Shown here one piece after another: positions 33,837-47,422 of a stretch of DNA of 64,000 nt (positions are counted from its first letter, which is position 1; the number at the start of each line of letters is the position of its first letter). The stretch is taken from NCBI GenBank assembly GCA_002104905.1, contig MCFE01000084.1, positions 62,001 to 126,000 of the forward strand, given 5' to 3'. Under the pieces are notes generated by a model. The model had not been told where the DNA came from. It saw nothing but the letters and a program-made list of their open reading frames with translations, and ran no database searches. Both the position numbers and the translations under genes were made by a program. The DNA is from Basidiobolus meristosporus CBS 931.73 (taxonomy: Eukaryota > Fungi > Basidiobolomycota).

Positions 33837-34580
33837 TAAACCCCAAACAATCCCTAAGCTTGCACATATTTACTTGGGACCTTCTTTAACCTATTCTACA
33901 TGTTTATTATGCCAAGACTATGTAAAGTATAAATACTACTGTTACATTCAATAAATCATCAAGTGAAAACCACATAATCTACTTGTCCCCCCAGTCAATT
34001 CCAATATCTCCAAGACTCTTACAAAAAAGTCATGTTTTACACCAAGCCATTTGCCTAACTTAGTCACTTAAAGCATTGCCTTTAAATTATAGAGAATTCT
34101 GACCAAGTTCCTTGTTGGGACTTACTCAGAATATTCTCATCACAGCATTGGGAACCCAGAGCATGAAATTTTGATATGTTGTCCAAACAGCCTCAAACTT
34201 TGCACACATATTCTTGGGCACTTCCCATGCACATGCTATGTATTTGTTTTTGCCAAGAGCATGTGAAAGTACATATATTACCTGACATTGAATAAAACAA
34301 TAGGTGAAAACCACATAATCTACATGTTCTCCCAATCACTTCCAATATTTCCATGACTCTTACAACACATGACAGCCTGTAAGGCTACATAAGAGACAAT
34401 GCAGCTAAGAAAACTTTTGCAGAGTCAGGCTTATGTCAAGAACACTCCAACACTATATTTCAAGATAGTCAAGGATGTATACAATTAGGTGGAATTCCAA
34501 CTTTTCATGCTAGAACCAAGCACCTAGATAATACATATATCAAGTGAATATTTAGATTTAGTCACAAACTTTACAACAAT
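33837..34580 (+). repeat. Older LTR copies of the same Copia family (about 33837-34024 partial; 34033-34367) and an RNase H scrap (about 34370-34510)
   Basis: Direct similarity to the intact LTR (…CCAATATCTCCAAGACTCTTACAA) and to the pol 3' end (CAAGATAGTCAAGGATGTATACAATTAGG). Confidence 0.85.
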
Positions 34581-35932
34581 CAAGACTGAAGTTATAAACC
34601 ATGACAGGCAACGTATTGAGGCAAAAACATAATTATTGTATGTGTTCTATGGGTACGTATAAACATAAACACACTTGAGCCAACCCAACCTAAATCTATC
34701 TACCATGATAAAATGGAAACGTCTCAAGAATCAGCAATGCTATTACGCAGAGCTTAGTTGATAGGCTCACCCACAGCACTTGTACCAAAGATTCCAAGGG
34801 TAAAGATGAATTGGGAAATGAATCGCTGCCTTCAAAATCAAAATTCATGTCTTTTAGGAGCCGGAAATCGTGGTTTATGGGCTCAATCTAGACAAGGAAT
34901 AAGGAATCTACTTAACAAGCCATGACTCCGATCCGATGCTGATTATTGTATCTAGTGCAGGGGGGAGCCCTGAATGACCAACCCGATAGTTAAAAGTAGG
35001 AATATCAAAAAATGACCTTCACTTCCCTACTTTTCAACATCTATTTGGCTGCTCTCTCAACGTGGGACAACTGAGCGATCAACATAAGGCCTATCTGTAC
35101 GTATGGCTTCTTTTGAACCAACCTACTGGTCCAAATCGAGCCATCATTTGATGACATCCTTCTACTTTGAGGATTAAAAGTGTCTTGATGAGGAGTGTTC
35201 CCGTTCCAGTGATGATCGTTCATTTCCCCCAACCTTGAGAGAGCCCACCTTTAGAAGTGGATTGTCTTGGGAACTGCGGTACGATTCTCGCTACACCAGC
35301 GAGTTTCAGTATCTTCCCCGAAATGATGATAACAGAGGTCGGAAAGCTGGAACCCAAGGTACTTGTTACCGAGCAGGGGCCGGACGTGCCCGCATAACTT
35401 GATCTTATTTGATCGGGGAAACCATTTCATAACTTATCGAACAACTTCTGGGAGGTGTAGGCTCCAGAAACAAGGGAAATAGGCCGAACCGTTGCTGGTA
35501 CAGGTCGGCGGGGATATGTATCTAGGGGAACACCAAGAGGTGGCAGCGTATTTGGCAGCTGATCCATCTGAGCCATTTATTGATGGGAGTACTTCAATGA
35601 AAAGAGAACAATAAAGGCCCAAGTGCGAATAATTTACAGGGGAAACTCATTTTTTGGTGTTTTGGATTTATGTGGACGTATCTAAGTAATAACCTGGACA
35701 AGAGTACACGCAGCGTGCCACCAGCGGTAGAGAAGAATCTTGGGGAGAAACTGTGAGCGTGCGCGCATATTCTCGGACTGCGTTGGTCCAATGCACCTGG
35801 ATATAAGGAAGAGCGGGTGATTGGATGTTGATCAAGGTATCGGCGGATTCGAGCGTGGGTTCTAGCTCAGCATACAGAGGGTGGAGTGCCCTGGACGCGG
35901 TGAGGCAGGTTAGATTGCATGGCTCCAGTAAA

Positions 35933-37261
35933 TTATGGATATTCTGTTAGCTTACTTGATTGACTGTGAACGCTCCCGTCAAGCCTCTCCTCTTTGATCG
36001 AGAGGCTGCTTCTATCTGGCGGATGGCGGCTAGAAAAGCGGGACATCGATGAGCGCTCAGATTTTGTGCCGTCATGTCGAGAAGTGGTTTCCCCATGAGC
36101 GGGACTAGTCAAAGTTTCACCCTCTTCTCTTCCTAGCCGTATTCCATTGAAGCTAGGAAGTATCTGCCTACAGCCTTCGGAGTCTGACGAGAAGTCGGAC
36201 TCGGTGAGCGATTCGCTTGAATCATCATTCTGACAGTAGCGCTCACGCAACCATCGATTGCGCGGACCAGCTTTGCTACGCTCGTTTACCTTGAAGCCAT
36301 AAATACGAGGTGTGTAGGTGGCCGTGTTGAAGTGAGTATAAATGCTGGGGCAGAAGGTCATGAAGAAGATGTGTGCGAAGGTTGTTCCAAAGAAGGCACC
36401 TGGAAAACTCGGGATGTTAGGACGCATCGAATATACACGCTGTTTAGTTGGAATTACCGTCAAGACTTTGAAATCGTGAGCTTGGCGGTGTGTACAAATC
36501 TAGGCAGTTTGGACAATACAGCTTGACCGGCTCCACGCCCAACGAGTCCGATCTGCCTGCCGGTATCATGGGTGTTTCATTGCAGTAATATCTTGGACAA
36601 TGCCCAAAATCCCCTTGCTCGTATTTGGTGGCCTGGCGATTGTGAATGACATTAATATGTAAATCCTGGGGCCGCCTTTCAATGTCAACGCACCATTTGA
36701 TTCATGCCCTGACGAGTCAAGATGTATCTTTGATGTATCAGACCATAGAGACGCTCGGCGGAGGATTCAATCAGACTGGTGTCGGCACCCGAATACTCAC
36801 GCTCTAGACAACAAAGAATCAATAGGCTGGCGATGCACAGTACAAAGCGACAAACAAACCAGGCTCAATGTCCAAAATCATCTCCAGTGCCTCCTGATAA
36901 AATGGAACGGTAGAGCCTAGGCCGGTAAAGTTGAAGTCGTCTTCAAGAAAAGCATCTGCCACCTCAATCAAGTATTCATTCCCCGAGAGCGAGCAAAACC
37001 AGGTAACCCATGAAACTGAATCGCTAGCGGAGTCGATATCCGAGTGGTGTAGAGCGTCTGTCGCTTATGAGAGAAAAGGGGTTGTCAATAGGGTTCGGAA
37101 AGTCCAGTGGAATGAAGAGTAGGGTAAGCTGCAATCTTCCAGAGCTTTTATTCATTGCCATTGTCCAGCACAGAAAATAGGAGGTTGTATCGTAGCAGTA
37201 CGTAAAGAAGCTCACCTTGTTCGTAAGGTTGGGGGGATCCCTCGTAATTAACGGGATCCAT
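35933..37261 (-). CDS. CKB1: Casein kinase II regulatory (beta) subunit, 5 exons (37261-37216, 37057-36860, 36803-36694, 36632-36458, 36399-35933), about 331 aa
   Basis: Spliced translation gives [84 protein letters not shown] introns. The exon sum of 996 is divisible by 3. The 3' end is less certain. Confidence 0.93.
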
Positions 37262-39831
37262 ATTGGAAGGTTAGCCAATAAATGAAGTAATATGTACGGA
37301 AGCCGACTTGGACGCGCACAAAAGACACTCCTAGGTTACTGCAGCTATGATGGTGGATAATGTAAGACTGGGTCAGAGGAAATGGTGCAGAGGCGAGTCT
37401 TGCGCTCAATGTTTCAATAAGATGAGTATATTAATAGTGTGTTCCAAACATCTTTTTTTTCGTAAATTGATCGAATTCAGCGCAAGGATTTTTACAAGAC
37501 TCTTGGACTAATAATTGATTGAAATTAACGCTTATTGATATCCAGAAATAATCACCATGCACCTCCAGAACGTAGCCTTCCAGTAATCTGATTGCAGATT
37601 GATAAACCCTTAAGCGTGCGATAAGATCCACCACAAAATAGCCTCATTCAATACGTGCCTAGGCGCCAAAGTTGAGCCTCCCCAAGACTCGCATTGACTG
37701 TGGCAAGACGTATTCGCAGCCATCTCGCCTCAACTAGGTCTACCTTGAGCCACGGTCAACGGCACAGATGGGAGGGGATAGCATGCCATCAGGAGTCCAA
37801 CGAATGAAGGGAAGTTCGCGTCTGGAAACGATCTGCCTAATTTAATCGAAGCATAAATCTATTCCACATCAGATCAATGCTCTTCATCCATTGGTTTTGA
37901 AAGGCATGGTCCAGGCTGGTGCTTGTCTGGCGAAGGAGGTCCATTCTTGCAGACACGACCAGTACTGACAGACTTTCCAGGTTTAGGTCGTAGCTACAAG
38001 ATGCGCAAATCAGCTCTCGAGTCTAACACCGGATCGCTGCCCACAAAATTCATTGGATTGGGCTTGCAGAGTTGAAAGGCTGATACTCCGGTATGGATCT
38101 TTCGTGGACAGCATCAGCGTCTTAATGGCATTTGTTGGATGCAACATCTGTCACGGTAGATTTGCCATGATAAATGGTGCTGATGTTTGTTTTGCCAGAT
38201 ATTTGACGAATTAGTATCGGTAGATTCTAGTTCCTCATGATCGCCTGATTGGCTGCTTAATAGCGATCTCTGCTCAAATACCTGGATTGTAGTAAATAAA
38301 GAGGATTCTATATATTTGCTCGTATGCTTCAGCACTGCCTGGCCGATACACATAACTCGCTGATCAGATGTGAATCAACGTTGGGCTACTCAAAATAGAG
38401 TTCCTACATTTGTTTCATGCGAGTGTCCATGCAGTGAAAAATCAGGAACATCAATAATATAGATGGTTCGAATTCAATCAACATCATCTTCCATTGTTTG
38501 TGAACCTTATCTGGAACAAACGCAAACCATACAGTTCTGCCACCGTTGAAAAGATCATGCTAGGTGGAGCCTGGGGTGGGTTGGGTTCTCAAACAATGTT
38601 GCTGCGCATCCAACTACATAGTCCCCAGCCTGGCCATTTGGTAATCATGTATTATATGAATATATTCAACTGCATGCATTGCCAGGTTAATGGAGGCTGA
38701 CAATGGGATTATCTGATGGTACATACTGTCGCATCTCTGTGCCTTCTTATGATTGATTGGATTGGCGTTCGAGTTAATTGTAATGATCCATCGGTGCAAT
38801 GCGGTCAACCCAAGCTATAGCAGTCGATGACGAAGGCTGAGATTTCGACCCACATCAGGGCTTTGAGTTCTTCCGTCAGTTCCGTACGTGGATTTGAAAT
38901 GAGAAGGGCCTTTTGTGCCCATCCACAGAGCCATACAATATAGTGACATTACAGTATGCTGCATCGCAGACTCCTCTTCTTGATGACATTGCTGTAACTG
39001 ATGAGCTAAAGCTTTGTGCAGAAGATCTGTCTATACAGACCGACCTTCTCCAGACACCACTGCTTAACACCAAGCAATATTGGATGAGATCAGCAAATTC
39101 GTACTACTGGTATTCATGTGGGCTGGAAAGCTGATAACGAATCGATGCAAATGACTGTGTTCGTTTTGTTAAACTACATCTAGGTCGCTGCATAATGAAC
39201 TGTTTTGATGAGATATCGAAAGCTCCCTTGCAGCTGACCATTATTACGCTGCGAGTGTCAGCCAACCAACCGCGCCCGGGTAAAATGTTTAAACGAGCAA
39301 ATCCCTATTTTTTGGTAAGAGTACTACAACTTCAAAAATAATCCCCATGTATTATTGTGGGCTTACAATCAAACCTGTCTACCGCTATAATGCAGCTTGG
39401 GCTGGCGAGAGGTGTGCTTCGAGGGTATCCAGTACTCTAGCAACATCAAATCGAGTCTATTCTTTTCTTATTATTAATTAGCTCCATAGAACAATACATT
39501 GCTACAACCCTCGCCAAAGAGATTAAGCGAAATGGTGGTGCTTTTGATGCGCAAAATTCACTCCTGTTTCGGAGAATTTCAAGTATGGCTGGTTTTTTGT
39601 CCAAACGGAGGGCTCTTACTTCACAATACAGCCGCTAGGTGTGGGTAAAATAGGTATTTAAAGCTGGAGCACCGGAGTACATCCACAGAGGTCTTCCTTT
39701 AGCCAGTCTTCAAGTACCTAAGGGCTTCTCTTCTAACCAAGTCTTCCGGACAATCACTTCCCTAACTGGATTTCCATACCTTGCACTTTCAACTTACACG
39801 AGTCGATATCACCAGCATCAACCGCTAAGAA

Positions 39832-41430
39832 ATGTCGGAGAGTCATTCGAATGCTGACATGAAGGGTGCAGATGTTCAGAAATCAATCCTCGAGGCACCT
39901 CGTACCGCCTCGAATCCCATAGTCCGGGGAATCCTTTGGCATTATGGCACCACAACTTCAAACAGAGATGAGGCGCAGATTGAGCGAGAACGTTATCTCG
40001 TTGCGGGTATTCCATTTAATAGATGGTATTTAATGCCGGCTGCAGTTAGCATCCAATTCTGTTGTGGATCTCTATATGCTTGGAGTGTCTTCAATGATCC
40101 CATAGATCATGCGATTCATCCGAACTCTGATGAGAAGATGGCGCCAATCACCTTCTCTATCGCCATCGGAGTTTTCGGGGTATCTGCTGCAACTATGGGT
40201 CCTTGGTTAGAAAGAAACGGCCCTCGAAAGGCTGCTTTGCTATCCTCTCTATTGTTTTACCTGGGAAATCTGACTTCAGCCTTAGCCATATACCTGCAAC
40301 AAATGTGGCTCTTGTATGTTGGATACGGGGTAATAGGAGGATTTGGCCTTGGCCTTGGCTACATATCACCGGTGTCATCCCTTCAAAAATGGTTCCCTGA
40401 CCGTCGAGGACTAGCTGCTGGCTTTGCGGTCTGTGGTTTTGGCGCCGGGTCGATTGCCATCGGAAAAGTGATTCTGCCTTTAATAGCTGCTGTTGGACTT
40501 CCTCTTACATTTGTTGTGTTGGGTAGCTTCTATTTTGTCTTCATGGTGATTGGGGCATGTGTTGTTCGAGCCCCGCCACCAGGATACACTGTAACCACGG
40601 CGCCAGTCACCAACTCCGAAGCTAGCGAGAAAGGTGTAGAAGCTGCTCATCAGACAACCATCAAACTGACTCTAATCGAATCCATCCGTTCGCGGGACTT
40701 CCTCCTTCTATACATCGTCTTCTTTGCAAACACTATGTTCGGCCTAGTCGTAATCTCCCGACTTTCCAATATGATCACCGATCTGTTTGGATATGATAAG
40801 AATACGGCGGCCAGCATTGTATCGATCAATGGTGGCTTCAATTTGTTGGGACGCATCCTTTTCTCTACCATTTCTGATTTTCTGGGGAGAAAAACATGCT
40901 TTCTACTTATGCTGGGGATACAGATCGTGGTCATGGCCACATTCAATGCCATCACCACCGCCAAGACCTACTGGGCCTTCCTGTTCATCATGTTTACATT
41001 GACCACCTGTTACGGTGGTGGATTCGGAGTCATTCCTGCGTTCTTGGCAGATATGTTTGGCTCCACCAATATTGGTGCTTGCCACGGTGTCATTCTTACT
41101 GCATGGTCTATTGCCGGAGTAGGAGGCGGTCTCGTCTTTACTGCTGTTTATAACAGCTTGCTGTCCAACGGCAATTCGAAGAGTGACCCGATAATATATA
41201 CGGTCAATGTGTATTGGATTCTCGTGTTTGTTGTCATTGGCCTAATAGCCGGATTGTTTGTACGCACCACAATGAAGGATCGTCTCCTTCCACCAGTCCC
41301 AGGCCAGATATTCCGTGTGCGAGTCTTTGGAAAGATGGTTCGTCTGGTCAACAACGGGAAATTATACTTTGAAAGATTGTCACCAGAGCAGGAAGAAAGC
41401 GAATGGAACCAATATCTGTCTCAGCAATGA
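39832..41430 (+). CDS. MFS transporter, oxalate:formate antiporter (OFA)-like family, intronless, 532 aa
   Basis: About 12 hydrophobic segments, GSLYAWSVF, GPWLERNGPR, KWFPDRRGLAAG, GRILFSTISDFLGRK, YGGGFGVIPAFLADMFG. Confidence 0.92.
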   Translation: MSESHSNADMKGADVQKSILEAPRTASNPIVRGILWHYGTTTSNRDEAQIERERYLVAGIPFNRWYLMPAAVSIQFCCGSLYAWSVFNDPIDHAIHPNSDEKMAPITFSIAIGVFGVSAATMGPWLERNGPRKAALLSSLLFYLGNLTSALAIYLQQMWLLYVGYGVIGGFGLGLGYISPVSSLQKWFPDRRGLAAGFAVCGFGAGSIAIGKVILPLIAAVGLPLTFVVLGSFYFVFMVIGACVVRAPPPGYTVTTAPVTNSEASEKGVEAAHQTTIKLTLIESIRSRDFLLLYIVFFANTMFGLVVISRLSNMITDLFGYDKNTAASIVSINGGFNLLGRILFSTISDFLGRKTCFLLMLGIQIVVMATFNAITTAKTYWAFLFIMFTLTTCYGGGFGVIPAFLADMFGSTNIGACHGVILTAWSIAGVGGGLVFTAVYNSLLSNGNSKSDPIIYTVNVYWILVFVVIGLIAGLFVRTTMKDRLLPPVPGQIFRVRVFGKMVRLVNNGKLYFERLSPEQEESEWNQYLSQQ

Positions 41431-44062
41431 CGTGCACACGTGGAGATCTGCCCCTACCCCGTGTGACAACCAATTCCATACTATACGATTTAGAACAAAT
41501 CCATCAAGGCCGTAGGATCAGCAGCACTGTCCAATCCCTCCTTTCTTGATGTATTCATAGATAACACGTAAATGCCATTCTCATCTATCAGCCAACTGTA
41601 GTAGATCCTTTTTCCCGAATAATAAATCAACAAAAATGCCATCTCGGCATTAGAAAGGACCCACTCTACTTTATTTGCTGTGGGGATGGGACTAGGCTGT
41701 GTTGCTCACTCGCAAAAACACACTTTCTCACAGGCGCTTGGTGAGCACCGGATATGCTAAGAGTAGCTAATCTTCGAAATGCAGATAGCACCCATTGTAC
41801 ACGTATTTCCACAGGCCCTAGAACATGCCGGTTTTAAGATTTTGATGCGTAGAGCATGGACATTCACGTCATGTGACCCCTGACCCTATCATTGTTCGGA
41901 TCATGGCTATGATTAGGGGAGCCAAGGCATGAGAACAATATCGAGCACCAGCTCATAACTATAGTCGATGCTCTTATTACCTTATCAAAACGACGAGGCA
42001 GGAGCGATTCATGCTAACAACGTTGTCTTGAGCACTAAGCAGGCATAGATCACTCTGATCTGATCTGACTTCTAGGCTGTCCAATTGAAAGCAGTCGATT
42101 CAGCTTACATAGAGCCAACGGGCATCGCATTGTAATCCGGTGTTAACGCCCACTGGCACAATAATCTACTCCATTCAATTCCCCTTGAATTCAAATTCCG
42201 GAATTTAGCCATTCTGAATACCAAACACGCAGGATTAGGTGTCGCTACTATATAAAAGAGAAACACAGCAAGACATAAAGGGGAATCCATTGACTTTCGG
42301 GATTGCCTATATCGGTAAACGACGAAGCAACACACTAGTCATCAGCGATTGCGTAACTCAATGTACTCAAGATGCATTATCCAAGCCGGACTCAAATGGA
42401 GCGTGAATGAAGCTGACCTGAGTTGGATACATGTTGAAATGAATGAAACCGTTTGATTTATGAAGCCTGTCAAGTAAGATGATTCCCTCATGGTGCATAC
42501 TTGGATGTACAGGAGGACATCAAATTGAGTAATTCTCTTGAATACCTCATCAAGCTCAGACACCAAAACCATTGGCTGAAGACGTATGCTAACCATGGCC
42601 GATTTAATTAGTCTATTCTAACGCTGCTGAATCTGTATACTTTTTTCTCAGAGGCACACTCACCAAGATTTGATCACCCGTATCCACATATACATCCGAC
42701 GATCTAGTTCACTTGGTTAGAACAGACATTCACCAAACTCCGTTCCAAAAAGAAGATCGATAAGCGCAATACCCTCGGTCTGTATGTTTGGGCCATTGCC
42801 CAAGTGCGTCGCTCCGCTTCTCAACCCTGGGTGCTTCAAAATGTCATTGCCCACAAAACTAGCATCCATCCTAAAGGTATCCCAGCACTTTGGTCTTGTG
42901 AGACATTAGCGTTGAACCAACCCCCATGTAACTGGCTCTAAGCAAGACATGATTGCCGTGCATCATGGGATTCCACATCACTGTTATTTTTAACACGAGA
43001 ATGCTCATTAAAATAGCTTGATCTGGCTATTGAGAATTTATTTGATACCATAATTGGCATAAGGTCAATCCAAAGCACGATGAGTAATAATTCAGCTATA
43101 TATTTATCGATCGTATTAGCCCACGAGCCCAACCATTGGGCGAATTAAGAATATTGAATCTGAATCCACCGTTCTGACCTCAGGTTACTGACATGTTGGA
43201 GTTTCCTAGAAATTTTTCTGACACAGACATGAATCGAATGGGTCAGCTTATCTTGCATTGACCATACAAGGTACGTCTCCTACTCAACCTATGGATACAA
43301 AAGGCCAATCAGGGGCATCGGACGGTTTCTCAATGTATACTGAGTCAAACAGATAATTTTGGAAATCTGTTAATTCATTAATCTGTTGGTGGTTCATGGC
43401 TTGTATCGTTTACATCCGTGGACTATTCATTCATTAACAATACATTGTCCATTGATTGCGTATAGTGGCTGAACGATATAAATCTATTATCTATTATAAT
43501 AATAGAAGGTTATGCTAGTCCACTCTCCCGGATTTGATGTGTTTCTGCTTGGCAGGCTATCAATGGTTTGGTGTAATAAGGCATTCCCTATTCTTAAAAT
43601 GAGCCTGAACTAATTTGCTTGCCTGATGGCATTCAAGTGTATCGGAGACATTTACACTCGTGTTGAAATGATGTGATGAAGAATCTGGATATAATCCACT
43701 TAACTGCTTGATCTATATTGGTATTGCCAAATTCGTATTGCTGACACATATAGGCGCGAATAAGCCTATTAATGACTATACAAATATCTTACCAGGAAGC
43801 AGTCAGAGCAAATCAAAGCTATGGATGAACTGGATCCAGATTTGTTAATGAACCGCTTTTAACACCTAACTATCCCTCCGTCATGGTTTAGTTTCTGCTC
43901 AACATTTTCCCTTACCTCTTCCTAACGATTACACTTGTTACTTTTCATTTCGTCTCCTACCTTTGCAAACATATTGTTCTTGAGTTATATCTTTACAAGT
44001 CGTATTTACTTCAGAATAACAAAACATCGTTTAGGTCGCTCCTATCTGTACAACCTTTGTAA

Positions 44063-45423
44063 ATGAAGATGGTTGCTGAAACTGCTAAACTCTCCTCAGA
44101 ACCAGCCTCTCATTTGCCTGCCAACGTACCCGGGCCTTCTCCTACAAGCCTATCTGCGTTGTTAAACCCCACTTCTGGCCCTGGTATAGCCAATGGCTCT
44201 TATGATAGATCCCAGGAGGAGGGCAGAGACGATAGAAACGAACATAGCTTCGACAAACGAAACTCACTAGCCAGCACAGATAAACCCTCTGGTGTGTACC
44301 ATTGGTCTTGTTTATTTTTGAAATCGACACCAAGTAACACGTGCTTTTAGGGAATGGGAAGAATCAGCCTGGCCAACAGAAAGCCAAGAGAAAGAGAATC
44401 ACTCCAGAGCAACTGAAAGAGTTGCTTGCAATGTTCGAACAGACTGATACTCCCAGCTTTGAAGTTAGAGAAAATTTATCCAAGAAACTGGTGATGACAA
44501 ATAGAGAAATACAGGTGGGTGTAGACAAATCATATCGTCATTCGTACGTTGATTAATATAGTCGTAGGTTTGGTTCCAGAACAGACGCGCCAAGGTTAAC
44601 CGTGCCAAAGCAGAGAATGCTCATCGATTCCTGCACCACCCGATGGGTCAAGCTGGTGCAAGTCACGGGGGAAATCCAGGAGGGAATTGTACATATCAGT
44701 TTATTCCTGTCAACGCAGCTGGAAAGTTGAGAGACAACACCTATAACCACGCCCATCCTTACCCTCAACCACAGCGCTTACGTTTTCAGAACACCCTTAC
44801 AAACCATAATCGACCCAACTACAAACAAAATGTTCCACCTCCCATTAAAGTTGCACCATATAATGTTCCTATGCAACCAAGTCCTGTTCCTTCGCCAGGA
44901 CATGGCCTTTCCCCTATATCCCCATCGTTTGGCTCCATGCAATCGTTGCTTTCACCACTAAACGCGATTGCCAACGGGTCCGTTTCTTCGCATTGGGCCC
45001 CTTCACCCACTACTGATCGCTTTGGCCTTACTATGACGCCGCCATCATCAGCCAATGTCCACGGACCTCACTTCTCGACAACAATACCACCACTCTCGCC
45101 TACACACCCATATCCGGTAGGTGTTGTACAGCCACATCCCGTTAGTACTTCGATGAATCCCTTGTTCACCCAGAAAGTAAGTAGTGTCGGCAATCACGCA
45201 CTAGCTATGTGCCCTTGCTCACTGTTGCTACCTCTAGATTAAGGCCATATCCCCTGATCCCCATATGGCGAATTTCACTCCGCCGGCTGAGTTCCCGCGC
45301 CAAGCCAACTCCATGGATATACTGGCCAGCGTGGCAGCAGAGGAGTGCGCCAAAGTAGAGGAGGGTAGTAATCACCATACCCCTCCCGAACCATCCAATA
45401 GAAAATGGAGGCCTTGGGATTGA
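44063..45423 (+). CDS. Homeodomain transcription factor, 4 exons (44063-44291, 44351-44514, 44568-45176, 45238-45423), 395 aa
   Basis: Spliced homeodomain KRKRITPEQLKELLAMFEQTDTPSFEVRENLSKKLVMTNREIQ|VWFQNRRAK, P/S-rich middle region, C-terminus MDILASVA...KWRPWD*. All introns GT-AG and frame-preserving. Confidence 0.92.
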
Positions 45424-47422
45424 CCAAGCCGCCTCTATCCTTGTAAGTAGGTAGAAAAGTAGTTATCTCGTGCAACTGCTGACAACTTTGTGAAGCATAC
45501 GACTCCCCCATATTGTTTTTACTTGGCGGTATACTCATCTCGACTCTGGCGTACTTTCAGCTGTCACTTCTCCTGTACTTTTTTCACAAGTTTTGTTTCT
45601 CCCTTTCAATTTGGATTCAGTCACTACTATATACTAACATATCCCCAAATTCACCAGCCATAAACCAGAGAATCCCTATCTTGCCATAAACCGAGGTTTT
45701 TCTTGAGCACGCAAGGTACTGATGAACCTATGCTTAGCTCCCAACCCTTTGCTTGTGTAAATAGAATGAAATAAAGTTTCACTGATGTTGTGGTAACTGT
45801 TGGGTTCAAGCGAGATTAGAGACATCAGTCAGCCAATGCTAGCCGTGCCAGTAGACTCAGAGCCAACGTGGATCTAGATCCCAGTCTACCTGGACAGACA
45901 TCCGCTCCTTCCCAGCAACTCTATTTTCTGAGCTGGGGAGCATACAAACGCCTTGGAACGGCTACGGGCTCAGCACATACACATAGCACTGGATCACCCA
46001 AACGAGAGAATCAATCCTTGTCCTACCGAAACCACGGGAGGATTTTTGGGAATCACATATACTAGGCGTCAAGTATACTGCGCGGACGGTACTTGATCTA
46101 AACATGCAAGGCCAAAAAGTCACCAATCCAAATACGAGGCAAAGCAGCTCCATTGGAGGAGTACCACCTCAAAATGCCTGCGCATGCCCGTTTCATCTAC
46201 GATAGTCACTCATATAGCTCAGATAGGCTGGTGAGGGTGCATCAAGTTTCCTATTCAGCGGAGCAGACGGGCCTGCTGCCACCAGCCCAATGAATTCTCC
46301 GCGATGGGGAGGCCCAGGTCTTCTTTGGCATGATTAGGAGGGCCATTTCGAGGGGAATTTTCCGACCGAATCAATCGAGATGATTTTACGTTCCACTCGA
46401 TTTGGAAAGAAGCAACGTGATGGTCAATGACACATGGTTTTCAAATCTACGCTATTCTGAGTATCGTATAGCGTATAGAGGAGAATACAGTCATGGAAAT
46501 ATGGTCCAAACAGATTGCGCGGAGATGGGATGTAGGATTCTCGACACCATCCCCCATCCCCCATCCCCCATGCTCATGAATGGGAATCACTAAACCCTCC
46601 TTGACACCATGCGAGTCTAATAGAGCGGAATATTCCGCCCATCGGCGTCACGCCCGCCCAATACGTCATCCTATTTGGGATTGGAGTTGGAGTTGGACTT
46701 GGAGATGGAATTGATCGATGGTGGTTGCTGAAAAGCCCAGTCAGAATAGGGTGATACGTTCTCACATCCCCCAAACCAAGTGATGCCCACATGACCCCAC
46801 ATAAGTGCTCTGTCCGACCTATCAGCCAGCTGTCGTGGCCCTGAATGATCTTGGATATAAGCCATGTTTCTGTTTCCTGAATGGCCCACCGCCTTAGTTG
46901 CATTGCCCTCCAACATCACTAAAGTCGACGTTAGCCGATTGGCCAGTGCGATCGTATTCGAGCAAACCTTATGCCTTATGCCATCCACCAACACCCCCGT
47001 AATACTGCGCTGAATCACTCGCACCCGATGGAATCAATCCACTGATTATTAACAGCATCAGGAGATTCCTTGGTTGTTATTAATACTCAATCGGGTCTTC
47101 AGCCACTGATGGTGAGGTAATTCAGGCGGTGTTTTGCGGTAATACTGATGATTTGAGCCGATGTTGTCAACACAGCAGACACGTCAAACACTTGCATCCG
47201 TCCAGCCTCGCACACCCTTCACATACTCCAGCTGGCTCTCCAACTCCTCCCACCAGCCATCTGACCCGACTGTCCTGGAAGCGGCTTCCCGAATATGCGC
47301 CAATGCGCACCCGATGATGAAGAATTCCACCCACAATTTTCCGGATAGTTCAAGCTACTTTATATACACATTCTCATATCAAATAACATGCGGCAGGTTC
47401 GATTCGCATGGGATGCAGGGGA

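Noticed and set aside
42717-42940. Open frame of about 73 codons after a TAG (FTWLEQTFTKLRSKKKIDKRNTLGLYVW...)
   Set aside because: No start codon, partner exons or recognisable family.
46545-46715. Hexamer runs (CATCCC)n and (TTGGAG)n and ORFs 46574-47024
   Set aside because: Three to five imperfect units only, typical microsatellite noise. The ORFs have no recognisable motif.
47390-47420. GGTTCGATTC T-loop-like motif (also at about 38466 and 37092)
   Set aside because: No T-stem, acceptor stem or A-box can be formed, so these are not tRNAs.
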